Assembly (NCBI GenBank): GCA_038087875.1 | Contig: CM075990.1 | Span: 15,130,001-15,194,000 of the forward strand | Length of the DNA stretch: 64,000 nucleotides | Source of the DNA: Malacoraja senta | Lineage: Eukaryota | Direction of reading: 5' to 3' | Shown: positions 62,571 to 64,000 of the stretch, piece after piece | How the letters are laid out: every line of letters starts with the position of its first letter | How positions within the stretch are numbered: position 1 is the stretch's first letter | The notes under the pieces: model-generated | Seen by the model: the letters and a program-made list of their open reading frames with translations, nothing else | What the model was told of the DNA's origin: nothing | Database searches by the model: none | Program-made: the position numbers and the translations under genes

Positions 62571-62870
62571 GTGGCACAGTGGCACAGCGGTAGAGTTGCT
62601 GCCTTACAGCGCCAGAGACCCGGGTTCGATCCTGACCATGGGTGCCGTCTATACAGAGCTTGTTCATTCTCCCTGTGACAACACTGGGTTCTTCTGGGTG
62701 CTCCGGTTTCCTCCCACACTCCCAAGACATACAGGTTTGTAGGTTAGTTGGCTTCTGTAAATTGTAAATTGTCCCTGGTGTGTAGTAGGTTAGAGCTAGT
62801 GTACGGGATGATCGGAGGTTAGCGCGGACTGAGTGGGCCAATGGGCCTGTTTCCATGCTACATCTCTAAG
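62571..62870 (+). mobile_element. HE1/V-SINE
   Basis: A and B boxes, V-domain, tail. Confidence 0.88.
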
Positions 62871-63014
62871 GTCTGCAGATCCAATTGTTGCTGGGCCAAT
62901 AGCTGAGGTTGGGCTGACTTTGGACTTTGGAGTGGAGGGGTGTAACCTTTCACTTTGTGGATGTCAGTGGAAGGAAGGTTCTCTCATCTGCATCAGTGAG
63001 TGAGTCGATGATGA

Positions 63015-63850
63015 CCACCTTCTTAAAAAAAAAAGGATCAAGACAATTGTGGTAACTACAGAGGGGTCTCCCTGCTCGGTGCCATGCAGAAAGTCATCAT
63101 CAAAGTAGTCATCACTCACCTTCTGCCATCGTCTGCAGAGCTCCTTCCAAAATTCCAGCATGGAGTCCATCAATCTCAGGTCACAGTGGGTGTGATCTTC
63201 AGTGTACGATAACTGCATGAGCAGAGCACCATCCTCTGTACGATATCTTCACTGATCTCACAAAAGCCATTATCTTTTGTTAGATTTAGCTCTAAGGCCA
63301 AAGGGAATCAATGGATATGGGGAAAAAGCCAGAATGGGGTACTGATTTTGGATGATCAGCCATGATCATATTGAAAGGCGGTGCTGGCTCGAAGGGCCGA
63401 ATGGCCTACTCCTGCACCTATTTTCTATGTTTCCATAACCTGGCCCTGCTGCACCACACTGCCCTCTGATGACAAAATTCCATGACAGAACGCAGCAAAG
63501 CATTGACCATTTCCCACAAGTTGTCATCCAGCTCTCAACCCAGGTAGATGTCATTGATCAAATTCACAATCACCTTTGTTGGAGTAGTACAGCCTTGAAG
63601 ATCCATGCCTCAAACCGAGTATAAAGATGATGTTCTACAGAGCAAAATGAAGTCTTGTCACATAAACATCTATGGCATGAACCTATGGGAGGGGCTTCAA
63701 AGCACTGGAGATGTACCACCAGCGTCAACCCCACAAAGTCCTTCAAATGCCCAGGCACAAATAGTGCATCAATGTCGATCTTCACACACCAACATCTAAC
63801 CCCAATTACACTCAGCCAGTTCCAGTGGATGGACTCATGTTGCCCACATG
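63015..63850 (+). mobile_element. Decayed RTE-clade LINE RT fragments, interrupted by a CR1 tail (63280-63435)
   Basis: KKKG..DNCGNYRGVSLL...KVI...LLP..AELLPKFQHG....TVGVIFS...FTDLTKA, and later LEMYHQR, matching RTE RT motifs. Confidence 0.7.
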
Positions 63851-63966
63851 TTTGACTCACATGGAGTATGTGCAAACTCCATACAAACACCTGTAGACAT
63901 GTTCTCGGGATCGAACCCGGGTCTCTGGTGATGTAAGGCAGCAACCCTACCGCCGTGCCACCGTGC
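63850..63966 (-). mobile_element. HE1/V-SINE 5' part
   Basis: B box GGATCGAACC and SINE head on minus. Confidence 0.75.
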
Positions 63967-64000
63967 AAACTGCGTGTTATGAGAGAAAGTGTCAGAAAAA

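Noticed and set aside
27719..64000. Further LRMDA exons
   Set aside because: I found no segment resembling the LRMDA C-terminus (YTPLP..., RYVYYGK.SEGNRFI). They probably lie beyond the window, though a short divergent exon could be missed by eye.

Overview
Eukaryotic, repeat-rich intronic DNA from a cartilaginous fish, probably a skate or ray (inferred from the repeat families: HE1/V-type tRNA SINEs and CR1/HER1-like LINE tails). The only host gene I can support is LRMDA (C10orf11, leucine-rich melanocyte differentiation-associated) on the + strand. Three internal coding exons (3656-3782, 4914-5053, 27595-27718) splice in frame. The first two are separated by a U12-type AT-AC intron. The rest is intron, made of TE-poor blocks resembling conserved non-coding enhancers (LRMDA lies in the ZNF503 regulatory neighbourhood in vertebrates) and many mobile elements: about 15 SINEs, CR1, Rex1/Babar, L1/Tx1, RTE and Vingi/Ingi fragments, Penelope-like (PLE) relics, Harbinger- and hAT-type MITEs, and a non-autonomous Helitron. 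The most striking unexplained structure is a family of about 20 short (100-250 bp) PLE-derived insertions. They are often fold-back palindromes with 10-15 bp target-site duplications (TSDs), and the intact copies carry a minimal hammerhead-ribozyme-like core (CUGAAGA-stem II-GAAA-CGUH). Also notable are an HDV-like ribozyme remnant in a Vingi-tailed short element, a Helitron with duplicated core-promoter motifs, and a 140 bp locally templated insertion inside a SINE. Nearly all ORFs in the supplied track are spurious or decayed TE fragments. Family names come from motif recognition, not database searches.
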